The notes below the pieces were generated by a model. It saw only the letters and a list, made by a program, of their open reading frames with translations, ran no database searches and was not told the origin of the DNA. Shown here piece by piece: positions 29,630 to 39,471 of a stretch of 64,000 nt of DNA. Origin of the DNA: Candidatus Eiseniibacteriota bacterium (GTDB lineage Bacteria > Eisenbacteria > RBG-16-71-46 > SZUA-252). Each line of letters starts with the position of its first letter. Position 1 is the first letter of the stretch. The DNA is taken from assembly GCA_963703225.1 (NCBI GenBank), contig OY969801.1:2560001-2624000 (forward strand), read 5' to 3'. Position numbers and translations under genes: made by a program.

Positions 29630-30043
29630 ATGCCGATACTTCGGCTCAAGGAGATACCCTTGAAGAAACGAATCGGAATGACGCTCATTCTCGTCCTCGC
29701 CATGGGCGGGGCGGCCGTCGCGTTCGTAGGTCGTGACAAGCCCAGCGACGCGGCTCCGACCCGGACGGTCGTGATGAGCATGAAGGAATACGCGTTCAAT
29801 GGCCAGAATCCCACCATCGCCTTCCGGCCTGGGGAGCGGGTTCGGTTCATCATCACGAACGACGAGCCGACGCCGATCAAGCATAACTTCCGGATCGTCG
29901 GGATGGACGTCCCCTGCGAGCGGGAGCTCAACCCAGGCGAGAGCCGCGAGGTCGTGGTCACCATTCCGCCGTCCGGAGAATTCGCCTACACCTGCTGCAC
30001 CCATCCGGGAATGGGCGGGAAGCTGGTCGTCTCGGGCCGATAG
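29630..30043 (+). CDS. Exported cupredoxin-domain protein (start uncertain: 29621, 29630 or 29678)
   Basis: Hydrophobic N-terminus, HNF, and a type-1 Cu loop YTCCTHPGM. Confidence 0.8.
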   Translation: MPILRLKEIPLKKRIGMTLILVLAMGGAAVAFVGRDKPSDAAPTRTVVMSMKEYAFNGQNPTIAFRPGERVRFIITNDEPTPIKHNFRIVGMDVPCERELNPGESREVVVTIPPSGEFAYTCCTHPGMGGKLVVSGR

Positions 30044-30053
30044 GCCTCCCCGC

Positions 30054-31028
30054 GTGAATCCACGCCGCCTCCTGGGGCTTTTGCTCCTGGGCGCCGTTGC
30101 CGCGGCGGCCGCCATCCTCGGTCCCGCGCGCATCGCGGCGCAGCGCCCCAACGGCCCGCCGCCCACGCCGGAGATTGGCCCCCTGGCCCGAGCGGCGCGC
30201 GATCACGCCATCCGGACGCTCACCGAGTTCGACTACGGAAAGACCACAGGGCTCGGCGACGGGACCACGCTGCGGGAATATTGGATCGAAGCCAAGCATG
30301 TCGAGGTGGAGGTCGCGCCCGGCGTCCGCTTCCCCGCCTGGACCTTCAACGGCGCCATCCCCGGGCCCACCATCCGCTGCACCGAAGGCGACTCGATCCG
30401 GATCTACTTCACCAACCACGGCACGATGCCCCATTCCATGCATTTTCACGGCATCCACCGCGCGGGAATGGACGGAGTGTTCGAGCAGGTCGTCCCGGGC
30501 CAGACCTTCACGTATGAATTTCGCGCCGAGCCGTTCGGGCTTCACCTCTATCACTGCCACACCATGCCGGTGAAAATGCACATCGCCCGCGGGCTCTTCG
30601 GCGTGTTCCTGGTCGATCCCAAGCCGGCCCGGCCCAAGGCGCGCGAGATGGTGATGGTCATGAACGGGTTCGATACCGATCTGAACGGCGAGGACAACGA
30701 GTTCTACACGGTGAACGGCTACGCGAACGTCTTTTTCCGCGATTATCCGGTCCCGGTGAAGGCGGGAGAGCTGCAGCGGGTCTACCTCGTGAACATGACC
30801 GAGCTCGACCTGGTCAACTCGATGCACACCCACGCGGCCTTCTTCCACGTCTACCCCACGGGCACGTCGCGCAGCCCAAGCCTCTACACCGACACGATCA
30901 CCCTGGGCCAGGGGGAACGCGCCATCCTCGAGTTCACCTATCCCTACCCGGGCCGCTACCTCTTCCACGCCCACCAGAACGAGTTCGCGGAGCTCGGCTG
31001 GCTCGGGCAATTCGACGTGACGCCATGA
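30054..31028 (+). CDS. Two-domain multicopper oxidase (type-1 Cu site in domain 1)
   Basis: RR-containing signal; WTFNG.IPGPTIR, HSMHFHG, LYHCH...H...GL, SMHTH and LFHAHQ motifs. Confidence 0.88.
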   Translation: MNPRRLLGLLLLGAVAAAAAILGPARIAAQRPNGPPPTPEIGPLARAARDHAIRTLTEFDYGKTTGLGDGTTLREYWIEAKHVEVEVAPGVRFPAWTFNGAIPGPTIRCTEGDSIRIYFTNHGTMPHSMHFHGIHRAGMDGVFEQVVPGQTFTYEFRAEPFGLHLYHCHTMPVKMHIARGLFGVFLVDPKPARPKAREMVMVMNGFDTDLNGEDNEFYTVNGYANVFFRDYPVPVKAGELQRVYLVNMTELDLVNSMHTHAAFFHVYPTGTSRSPSLYTDTITLGQGERAILEFTYPYPGRYLFHAHQNEFAELGWLGQFDVTP

Positions 31029-32248
31029 TGGCGACCCCGAAGGCCGCCCCCGGCGCGGCCGCCCCGTTTCGAATCGTTCTCGCAGGAATCGCACCACTCA
31101 TTCTGGTCGGCGCGATGGCCTGGTGGTTCCTGACCTCGGGGACTTCGTGGCTACGGCTCGGCCAGGCGCCGATCGAAAAACTTGCCATCGAGCGGGTCCT
31201 CTTTCGTCCGCAAGAGGTCGTGCTCAAGATCCGGAACGAGGGTCCCGGTCCGATCTCGGTGGGACAATTGCTGGTCAACGAAGCGATGTGGGACTTCTCC
31301 ATCACGCCGGGCCGGGAGCTGCCGCGCCTGGCGAGCGCGACCATCTCGATCCCGTACGATTGGCTGCAGGGCGAGCCGTACACGTTCACGATCGTGAGCG
31401 GCAACGGCATCCGGCACGCCCGGACCGTGGAGGTCGCGATGATGACCCCCAGGGCCGACTCCCGGTCTTTCTTAGTGTTTGGCCTGCTCGGCGCCTACGT
31501 GGGCGTGATCCCGGTCTTCCTGGGGCTTCTCTGGCTTCCCTTCTTGCGCGCGATGCCGCGCGCGTGGATGGATTTCTGGATCTCGCTCACGATCGGGCTC
31601 CTCCTCTTCCTCGGCATCGATACGCTCAAGGAATCGCTCGAGATTCTCGGGCGCGTCCCGTCGTTCCTCAACGGAACCATGATCGTGGCCGCGGGCCTGG
31701 TCGGCGCCTTTCTCGCCATCACCGGGATCGGCCGCAGGCTGGTGGGAAACGGCCGCGCGGGCCGGTCGGCCGATGGGGGGCCGGCTTCGGGAATGGGGCT
31801 CGCCACGCTGATCGCGATGGGGATCGGGCTCCACAACCTGGGCGAGGGCCTCGCCATCGGCGCCGCCTACACGCTGGGCGAGGTGGCGCTCGGCTCGTTT
31901 CTGATCGTCGGCTTCACGCTCCACAACACCACCGAGGGCCTGGCCATCCTCTCCCCACTGGTTCAGGGAAAGGCGGGGGTTCGCGACCTCGCGGTCCTCG
32001 GGATCCTCGGAGGCGGTCCGACCATTCTGGGCACCTGGGCCGGCGCCTTCACCTACTCCGATCCCCTTTCGCTCCTCTTCTTGGGCATCGGCGCGGGCGC
32101 AATCTTTCAGGTCGTCCGGGTGCTCGCCCGCGCGAGGGCGGTGGGAGGCGAATCGGTCATCGAGTCGCTCTCCCGCCCACGGAACGCCGCCGGACTCCTG
32201 GTCGGCTTCGCCCTGATGTACGCGACGAGCCTGCTCGTCGCGGGATAA
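31025..32248 (+). CDS. ZIP-family metal transporter with N-terminal extracytoplasmic domain
   Basis: GIGLHNLGEGLAIG and FTLHNTTEGL motifs; multi-TM. Confidence 0.88.
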   Translation: MMATPKAAPGAAAPFRIVLAGIAPLILVGAMAWWFLTSGTSWLRLGQAPIEKLAIERVLFRPQEVVLKIRNEGPGPISVGQLLVNEAMWDFSITPGRELPRLASATISIPYDWLQGEPYTFTIVSGNGIRHARTVEVAMMTPRADSRSFLVFGLLGAYVGVIPVFLGLLWLPFLRAMPRAWMDFWISLTIGLLLFLGIDTLKESLEILGRVPSFLNGTMIVAAGLVGAFLAITGIGRRLVGNGRAGRSADGGPASGMGLATLIAMGIGLHNLGEGLAIGAAYTLGEVALGSFLIVGFTLHNTTEGLAILSPLVQGKAGVRDLAVLGILGGGPTILGTWAGAFTYSDPLSLLFLGIGAGAIFQVVRVLARARAVGGESVIESLSRPRNAAGLLVGFALMYATSLLVAG

Positions 32249-32257
32249 GCACCCCGC

Positions 32258-32980
32258 CTAGCCCGACTTCTTCGTCGTTGCGGTCGCAGCCGGTTTCTTG
32301 GCCGGCGCGGCCTTGGACGATGCCGCGGGCTTCGCGCGGGTGCCCGTCTCCGCCATCACCTTCTTCAACTCACCTGACATATCGTTCTCCACCGTCATGG
32401 TGTAGTTGTCGGGATCGGAGAAGAGGTACGTCATTTTCTGCGTGATGGCCTTCCCCTGCATCATGAAGGTCGAGAAAAGCACGATCGTGTTGTCGTTCGC
32501 GAAGGTGCCGTAGTAGACGAACGAAACTGGGAACGTTCGGTTGGTCCAGACGATCTGGTACTGCTGCTTGTCCGGATCCCAACCCCAGACGGACCGGCCG
32601 AAGGTGGGCTCACCCTTCAATTGGTACTCGTGGATTCCTTCAAGGTGCATTCCCGCGAATTGCCACTTGTAGGTCGTCTTGCCGGCGTAATCCGACTCCG
32701 GTCCCATCGCGCTTTCAAACGTGTGGGTCTTCGCGGACCACGTGCCTAGGAGGATCGAGAGCCTCTTCAACTGCTCCGGCGGCCCCGCGAGGTAGTTGAC
32801 CTTCTCGATGGCGGGGGTCGGCGGCGCCGGCTCCGTTGTGGTCGGGGGTGCCTGGGTCTGGGGCTGCGTCTGGGTATCCGGAGCGGCCGTCTGGCCGACC
32901 GGCGGATCAGCCGCGAGCGCGAGCCCAGGAATTGCGAGGACCAGTGTCGCAGCGATGGCGATAAGTGCCTTTCTTATCAT
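32258..32980 (-). CDS. Secreted protein, DUF1579-like beta-barrel with P/T/Q-rich linker
   Basis: Signal peptide ALA-A; L..LLGTW and GWDPDKQQY..VW motifs; Lys/Ala-rich tail. Confidence 0.6.
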   Translation of the reverse strand: MIRKALIAIAATLVLAIPGLALAADPPVGQTAAPDTQTQPQTQAPPTTTEPAPPTPAIEKVNYLAGPPEQLKRLSILLGTWSAKTHTFESAMGPESDYAGKTTYKWQFAGMHLEGIHEYQLKGEPTFGRSVWGWDPDKQQYQIVWTNRTFPVSFVYYGTFANDNTIVLFSTFMMQGKAITQKMTYLFSDPDNYTMTVENDMSGELKKVMAETGTRAKPAASSKAAPAKKPAATATTKKSG

Positions 32981-33128
32981 CAATTGCCTCCAATTGAGCG
33001 GGTTTGATACGGGACCCCCGAAATGGTCTGGGCGTAGAACGGGCTGATGGTACCGCGCAATTCAGCCCCGAACAACCGCGGCCGCAACGCGCGAAGCCGG
33101 CGTGGCACGGCGTGATAAGCTGGGCGGC

Positions 33129-34052
33129 ATGACGCAGGGCGATGGAGCCGCGATCGTAGCCCGCGCCCTGGCGAAGACGTACGGCGCGCTCGAGGCGGTT
33201 CGGGGCGTTTCCTTCGAGGTGGCCGCGGGCGAGGTCGTTGGATTTCTCGGCCCGAACGGCGCGGGCAAGACAACCACCGTCCGGATGGTCTCTTGCTTTC
33301 TTCCGCCGAGCGCCGGCACCGCCGCCGTCTACGGCATCGACGTGCGAGAGCGGCCGCGGGAGGTGAAGCGGCTCCTCGGCATCTGCCCGCAGGAAGACAA
33401 CCTCGACCCCGATTTCGACGTCCTGAAGAACCTCCTCGTCTACGGGCGCTATTTCGGCATCCCCGGAAAGGCCCTTCGCGCGCGGGCCGAGGAGCTCTTG
33501 GCCCTCGTTCAGCTCTCCGACCGAAAGCGCGCGGCGATCGCGGAGCTTTCGGGAGGGATGAAGCGGCGGCTGATCCTGGCGCGCGCCCTCATCAACGGCC
33601 CGCGGGTGCTCATCCTCGACGAGCCGACGACCGGGCTCGACCCGCAGGCACGCCACGCCATCTGGACGCGCATCCGCGCCCTGCGCGCGACCGGCGTGAC
33701 CGTGCTCCTCACCACCCACTACATGGAAGAGGCGGCGCAGCTCTGCGACCGGGTCATCGTCATCGACAACGGGCAGATCCTGCTCGAGGGCTCGCCCCAG
33801 TCGCTCGTGGATCGCGAGGTGGGACGCACGGTGGTCGAGGCCTGGAACTTTGACGAGCTCTTCGAATCGTTTCTGCGGGGCCTTCCGGGGCGAATCGAGG
33901 TGGTCGGCGACCGGCTCTATTTCTATCCGGTGGAGGGAGACCATGTGGAGCGCCTCCTGGAGGAGCGCTTCCCCAACCAGGAACGCCTGATCCGTCGCGC
34001 CTCGCTCGAGGATGTCTTCCTCAAGCTCACGGGCCGAGCGCTCCGGGATTGA
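33129..34052 (+). CDS. NodI-like ABC-2 exporter ATPase
   Basis: GPNGAGKTT, PQEDNLDPDF, LSGGMKRRL, DEPTTGLDPQARH and LEDVFLKLTGR.LRD motifs. Confidence 0.88.
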   Translation: MTQGDGAAIVARALAKTYGALEAVRGVSFEVAAGEVVGFLGPNGAGKTTTVRMVSCFLPPSAGTAAVYGIDVRERPREVKRLLGICPQEDNLDPDFDVLKNLLVYGRYFGIPGKALRARAEELLALVQLSDRKRAAIAELSGGMKRRLILARALINGPRVLILDEPTTGLDPQARHAIWTRIRALRATGVTVLLTTHYMEEAAQLCDRVIVIDNGQILLEGSPQSLVDREVGRTVVEAWNFDELFESFLRGLPGRIEVVGDRLYFYPVEGDHVERLLEERFPNQERLIRRASLEDVFLKLTGRALRD

Positions 34053-34056
34053 CGCG

Positions 34057-34845
34057 ATGCGCGAGATCTTAAGAAACCTATCGACCCGGGCGTTCCGCGT
34101 CTGGCAGCGGGACGCGGACGTCTACTTCACCACGTGGAAGACGGAGTTCCTGCCTCCCCTCCTCGAGCCGATCCTCTACGTCCTTGCCTTCGGCCTTGGC
34201 CTGGGACAGCTGATCCACGAGGTGCGCTACGAGGGGCGCCCCCTGGCCTACATCCAGTTCATGGCGCCGGGCATCATCGCGATCGCGATCATGTTCTGGG
34301 CCTTCTTCGAGACCACGTTTTCGTCGTACGTGCGGATGTACTACCAGAAGACCTTCGACGCGATCCTCGCCACGCCGCTCCTGGTGGAAGACGTGATTCT
34401 CGGAGAGATTCTCTGGGGGATGACCAAGGCGACGATCGCGGCGACGATCATGCTGGTCGTGCTTACCGTGATGGGGCTGGTGGCCTGGCCGAGCGGGCTG
34501 CTCGTGATCCCGATCGCCGCGGCCGGCGGGCTTCTCTTCTCGGGGTTTGGGCTCCTGATGACGTCGGCGGTGAAGACGATCTCTCAGTTCAACGTGCCGA
34601 TGTTTGCGGTCATCATGCCGATGTTCGCCTTTGGAGGAACCTTCTTCCCGGTCGACATCCTGCCGCGGTGGGCGCTGGCCGTTGCGTGGTGTCTCCCGCT
34701 CACCCACCTCTCGCTTCTGACCCGCGCGGCGGTTCTGGGCTGGCCGCACCCGATGATGGGCTGGAGCGCGCTCTACGTCGGCGTGGCCGCAATCCTGCTC
34801 GCGGCGTGGGCGTTGGTCCGGATGAAGCGGCGGCTGGTCCCCTAG
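34057..34845 (+). CDS. NodJ-like ABC-2 permease
   Basis: EPILY..AFGLGLG, QKTFDAILATPL and GTFFP motifs. Confidence 0.88.
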   Translation: MREILRNLSTRAFRVWQRDADVYFTTWKTEFLPPLLEPILYVLAFGLGLGQLIHEVRYEGRPLAYIQFMAPGIIAIAIMFWAFFETTFSSYVRMYYQKTFDAILATPLLVEDVILGEILWGMTKATIAATIMLVVLTVMGLVAWPSGLLVIPIAAAGGLLFSGFGLLMTSAVKTISQFNVPMFAVIMPMFAFGGTFFPVDILPRWALAVAWCLPLTHLSLLTRAAVLGWPHPMMGWSALYVGVAAILLAAWALVRMKRRLVP

Positions 34846-35237
34846 TCGAGTCCTGAAATCCCAAGCCAGTCCAGGGCGTCGTCCAGCGTGCGGAAGACCA
34901 TGACCTCCTTCCGGCCGGAAGCCTCTCCCTCGCGAAAGACCTCGTACATGCGGCCGAGGCCGAATGCCAAATCTTCGGAGGCGACGATCGCGAACTTGGT
35001 CCTGTGCTCGGGCGGATCCATTCGCGCGGAGAGGGCGGCCAGAGCCCGCATGCGGTCGATCGACGGGAGCTCGATCCGCTCCACGGCGCTCATGTCGACG
35101 AGCTCGTGGTATCCGACCACCTCACTCAAGGACCAGACCTCGCGCTGATACCCAAAGAAGTCCGCGTCGGTCATGACTCCCCGGCCGTTCGCGAAGACGA
35201 TCCGCCGCTCGTGGTCGATTCGGTATTCGATGGGCAT
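34842..35237 (-). CDS. Hypothetical protein, SpoIIAA/STAS-SEC14-like
   Basis: ELVDMS, AIVA...AFGLGRMY and VFRTLDDALDWL motifs. Confidence 0.6.
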   Translation of the reverse strand: MPIEYRIDHERRIVFANGRGVMTDADFFGYQREVWSLSEVVGYHELVDMSAVERIELPSIDRMRALAALSARMDPPEHRTKFAIVASEDLAFGLGRMYEVFREGEASGRKEVMVFRTLDDALDWLGISGLD

Positions 35238-35276
35238 GGTCGCGGGCAGCCGCGCTCAATGGGGCGGCCGGCCCGA

Positions 35277-36420
35277 TCAGGGCTCTGGGGTTCGCTCCTT
35301 CAAGAATTCCTGCAGCCTCTGCGCGGCGATCCGCTGCGTCTCGGGGTTGCCCGCCGAGAGCCGAATCGCGCGTTGATAGTGGTGGATGATCTCATCGGCG
35401 GTCGCCGAATCGGGGGCCGCGCCAGCCTTCACCCGCATGGCCTCGGCGAAGTAGAGCCTCGCCCGCGCCGAGTCGACCGGGGTCGCGATCCCGCCGGTTC
35501 GATAGAGATTTCGAAGCGCCGGCTCGGCGCGGAGGACGTTCTCGTCCGAGATTCCGGGTCCCCATGTGGGCGGGAGGCCGTAGCGCTGGAGGAGGGCCAG
35601 AAATCGCGGATCGGCGGGCTCCGCGAAGAGGCCGTTCCCCGCCATCTGCGGCGAAGGGGCCGACTGGGCCGATGGCGCGCCGGAGGCGGCCTTCTCACGG
35701 CCCGCGTCCGGCTTCGCCACCACCTCGTCCGCAGCGCCGCCGCGGAGCTGAATCTTCCCCTCGGCGGCCGGTGCGTTTGCGTCCTGCTTTACCTTCTGAT
35801 CGAGGTCCGCCTCGGTCCTTCGCCAGCTCCTTGCGTGCTGCCAATCTTTGATCGCCGCGGATCTCCTCGTCCTTGGACTCAGGTCCCCGATTCTCGCGCT
35901 TCTTCCCCACGGCGCCAGCCTCGGGCCGGCGCGCGCCAAGGGAGTCGCGCTTGGCGCGTGAGCGCGCCGCGTCGGGGGCCGAGCGCTCCAGCACCGACAC
36001 TTGTGGAGGATGCTTCAAGACCGCTCCCTGCCGGACCAGGAGCACCGCGATGATGATGACGGTCGCGGCGGCGCTCGCCGTCGAGATCAGGGCGACCCAG
36101 GGCAAACGAGGAGCCCGGGCGCGCTTGGCCTCCCACTCCATCTCGGCCTCCGAGCGGCGGCGCTCGGCCCTCGGCGCCGTCTCGCCGGTCTCAAGGCGCG
36201 CCATCACCTTGTCGGTCATCCGCTCGAGGTAGCCCTCTCCCGGCTCTCCCGCGCCGATCTTCAACTCCGATTCGAGCCGTGAAATCTCGTCGATCAGCTC
36301 CCGGCAGACGTGGCAGCTCAGAACGTGCGCTTCGATGACCGCGCGACGATCGGCTTTGAGCTCGCCGTCGCGATAGGCAAAGAGATCCTCGCCCGACGGG
36401 TGCAGTTGATTCGGACTCAT
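35277..36420 (-). CDS. Zinc-finger (zf-HC2) membrane anti-sigma factor; frameshift at ~35818
   Basis: L.AY.DGEL...HVLSCHVC (Hx3Cx2C), one TM, a low-complexity linker and a C-terminal domain in a second frame. Confidence 0.75.
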
Positions 36421-37014
36421 GCGCAAACGACCTTTCTGATTTTGGCTCATCTGCTCGACCAAGGCTTCGCGCGCCCTGGCGAGGCGTGACATGACGGTTC
36501 CGATCGGAATCCCGAGCGCGTCGGCGATGGATACGTAGGAGAAATCGCCATCCACCCGCAGGGCGAGGATCACGCGATGCTCCTCGGAGAGGCGCGCGTA
36601 GGCCCGCTCCACCTCGAGCCGCCTTGCCATCGCTCCGGGATCCGAGGCGGGATCGGCGACCCGCTCGGCGAGCGGCGGTCCCCCGTCGGGCCCTGGGTCG
36701 TCCAGCGGTTGAGCCGCGCGCCGCTTCCCCTGACGGATCGCGGAAAGGGCGGTTCGTGCCACGATCGTGAGGAGCCAGGGCGTGATCGCGGCGCCCGGCT
36801 CAAAGCGATCGAGGGCGCGGTAGGCCTTCACGTAGCTCTCCTGGACCACGTCGTCCGCGTCTTCGTGGTTTCGGGTGATCCGGCGAGCCAGGAGATACGC
36901 GGGACGCCGAGTACGGCGCACGATCTCCGCGAACGTGTCCGTCTCGCCGCCGCGCACGAGGCGGACCAGCTCGTCGTCGGTAAGGGCAGACCGATCGGGC
37001 CGCGGTGGGGTCAT
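36417..37014 (-). CDS. ECF RNA polymerase sigma factor (no in-frame stop before the anti-sigma in this sequence; 3' end inferred)
   Basis: DADDVVQE.YVKAY..L, WL..I and IA..LGIPIGTVMSRLARAR motifs. Confidence 0.85.
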
Positions 37015-37182
37015 CGGCCGCCGACTCTACTACGCGGGCGAAGCGAGGACTATTCCATTCCACCGGGCACGTATTGATAAGTGTCGCTGAGGGGCGGGGT
37101 TGGAAGCTCGGCCAAAAGGGAGTAGCATCCAGGGGACCGAGCCGTCGCGCACCGGAAATTCCATCCCCCACCGGGAGACCCC

Positions 37183-38577
37183 ATGAATCTCGAAAAGGCG
37201 TTCGCCTACATACAGGAGCATCAGAAGCGGCTCATCGACGAGCTGGTCGGTTTTCTGAAGATCCCCAGCATCAGCGCGCACAAGGAGCACGACGCCGACG
37301 TCGCGCGCGCCTTGGAGTACGACAAGAAGAAGCTGGAATCGCTCGGCTTTCGCACCGAGGTCTGGCCGACCCGCGCCCACGCGGGTCTTTTCGCCGAGCG
37401 GATGGTGAGCGCCGACATGCCGACGGTCCTGATCTACGGCCACGTCGATGTCCAGCCGGTCGATCCGATCGAGCTCTGGCAATCGCCTCCGTTCGAGCCG
37501 CGGATCCACGACGGAAAGATCTGGGCCCGGGGCGCGGACGACAACAAGGGGCAGCACTACGCTCAGATCGTCGGGGTCGAGGCCGCCCTGAAGGGCGGCG
37601 GCGGGCTCCCGGTGAACGTCAAGTTCATCATCGAGAGCGATGAGGAGTACGACGGCGAGGCGATGGCGGTCGAGCTTCCCAAGCACGCGAAGAAGCTCGC
37701 GTGCGACGTCTTCGTCGTCTCGGACTCGAATTTTCCCGACATGGACCATCCCGCCGTGACGCTCTCCCTCCGAGGCATCCAGACGGTCGAGATCACGATC
37801 ACCGGGGCCGACGGCGACAAGCACTCCGGCGAGTGGGGCGGGATGCTCTACGAGCCGATCGACGTGCTCCGATGGGTCATCCAGAATCTCAAAGATTTCG
37901 AGTCAGGCCGCGTTCTGGTGCCCGGGTTCTACGATGACGTGGTCGCCCCGACCGCCGACTCACGCCGCGCGGTCACGGCGAGGCCCTGGGACGACGCCGC
38001 GATGGCGAAATCGATGGGGGTGGCGCGGCTTTTCCACGAAGAGGGGTTCACGCCGCTCGAATCGGGGACGCTCCGCCCGACACTCCAGGTCAACGGGATT
38101 TGGGGCGGCTATACGGGACAAGGCTTCAAGACCGTCATCGGGAACAAGGCCCACGCCAAGATCAGCATGCGCCTCGTGCCCAACCAGGACCCCGAGAAGA
38201 TTCTCCAAATCTTCGAGCGGCACGTCCGCACGCTGGTCGGCGACAAGGGGAAAGTGGAGTTCAAGCGCTTCGGCGCGGGTCAGCCCTTTTGGGCGGACCC
38301 TAAGAGCCCTTACGTCCAGGCGGGGCTCCGCGCTCTCGAAGCAGCCTTTGGGAAGCCGGCCGTCACCCTCGCGATGGGGGGCTCGATTCCGATCGTCCCG
38401 CCGCTGGTTCAGGTGACCGGGGCGCCCTGCGTCATGATGGGATATGGCCTTCCGGGGGATAACCTTCACGCTCCGAACGAGAACTTCCCCGTTGCCAACT
38501 TCCTCGGCGGGGCCAAGGCATCCGCGGCCTATTTGAGCGAGGTGGCGACCCGAGTGGGCGTCGCGGCCAGGGGCTAG
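37183..38577 (+). CDS. M20 family dipeptidase
   Basis: IYGHVDVQP, ARGADDNKG, ESDEE, GGSIP and HAPNE motifs. Confidence 0.9.
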   Translation: MNLEKAFAYIQEHQKRLIDELVGFLKIPSISAHKEHDADVARALEYDKKKLESLGFRTEVWPTRAHAGLFAERMVSADMPTVLIYGHVDVQPVDPIELWQSPPFEPRIHDGKIWARGADDNKGQHYAQIVGVEAALKGGGGLPVNVKFIIESDEEYDGEAMAVELPKHAKKLACDVFVVSDSNFPDMDHPAVTLSLRGIQTVEITITGADGDKHSGEWGGMLYEPIDVLRWVIQNLKDFESGRVLVPGFYDDVVAPTADSRRAVTARPWDDAAMAKSMGVARLFHEEGFTPLESGTLRPTLQVNGIWGGYTGQGFKTVIGNKAHAKISMRLVPNQDPEKILQIFERHVRTLVGDKGKVEFKRFGAGQPFWADPKSPYVQAGLRALEAAFGKPAVTLAMGGSIPIVPPLVQVTGAPCVMMGYGLPGDNLHAPNENFPVANFLGGAKASAAYLSEVATRVGVAARG

Positions 38578-38781
38578 CGAATGTAGGGAGGCTCATGTAT
38601 TCTGCCGCCGTGGCGGGCATCGAAGCGAATTAGCCCATCGAAGTGCGCCACCGGCCAAGGACGGCCGGAAGGCTGTGCCCGCGTCAGGGACGACGGGGCG
38701 CGTACGGCGGCACGGGTGTGAGCTCGCGGTTCTCACCGGCACCCGACTCAGGCCCCACCGTGACGGCGCGCCCCTGACGCA

Positions 38782-39471
38782 TCACCGCATCGACACCCGG
38801 AGCTGGTCGAAGTCGACCACCGTATCATCCTCGGTCCAGAGCCCCACGCCCCCTGACGAGAAGCGCTCGTCCCGGAGTCGGATCTTCTCCTCCCCATCGT
38901 AGCGCGCGATCATGACGCTCCCTTTGCGCTCGACCTCGATGGTGTGCCACGTCTGGGGCTCGGGCGGAGTGATCTTGGCATAGTGAAGGTCCCGGCGCTT
39001 TCCCACCAGCAGGTAGTGCGCGATCAGCTCACCGGTATCACCGCTCACGCGGACGATGTAGCCGTTTCTTCCCTTGGGATCGAGCTGAAACATCACCCCG
39101 GCCGAAGGATCGATCTCCCCGCTCCGGATCCGAAACCGCATCGATACGGTCATGTCGCCCAGCACGGGCTTGGGAAACTGGATGTAGTGAAACTTGAGGC
39201 CGTCATCCTCCTCACGCTGCCGAAGCACTCGCGGGAGGGCGGCGGAGTCCCAGGCGGCGCTGTCGGCGGGTGCCCGGGTGGAGTCGACGACCACCTCCCA
39301 CAGGCCGCCGAACCTCACGCTGTTCGTGGGCGCCTGGCCCAGCGTGTCCGCCGCGAAGGAAAAGGCCCACGTCTTCTGGTGGTGCTTCCCGCTCGCCGCC
39401 AGGGCGAGCGTCGGGGAAACGAGGGCCCAGGCGAGGGCCAGCGCGGCGGCAAGAGCGGTGCGTGGGGTCAC
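38782..39471 (-). CDS. Secreted concanavalin-like/DUF1080 (GH16-like) domain protein
   Basis: Signal peptide; AGVMF, WHTIEV...G and F.SGGVGLWT..D...FD motifs. Confidence 0.6.
   Translation of the reverse strand: MTPRTALAAALALAWALVSPTLALAASGKHHQKTWAFSFAADTLGQAPTNSVRFGGLWEVVVDSTRAPADSAAWDSAALPRVLRQREEDDGLKFHYIQFPKPVLGDMTVSMRFRIRSGEIDPSAGVMFQLDPKGRNGYIVRVSGDTGELIAHYLLVGKRRDLHYAKITPPEPQTWHTIEVERKGSVMIARYDGEEKIRLRDERFSSGGVGLWTEDDTVVDFDQLRVSMR

Noticed and set aside
30054..31028. Copper nitrite reductase NirK
   Set aside because: It has four HxH motifs, indicating a trinuclear cluster, and lacks the NirK HNIDxH Asp motif.
38700..38750. TPP-riboswitch-like CGGGTGCC...TGAGAA...ACCCG on the minus strand
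   Set aside because: The ACCTGAT and GCGnAGGGA half is missing, and the element lies downstream of genes.
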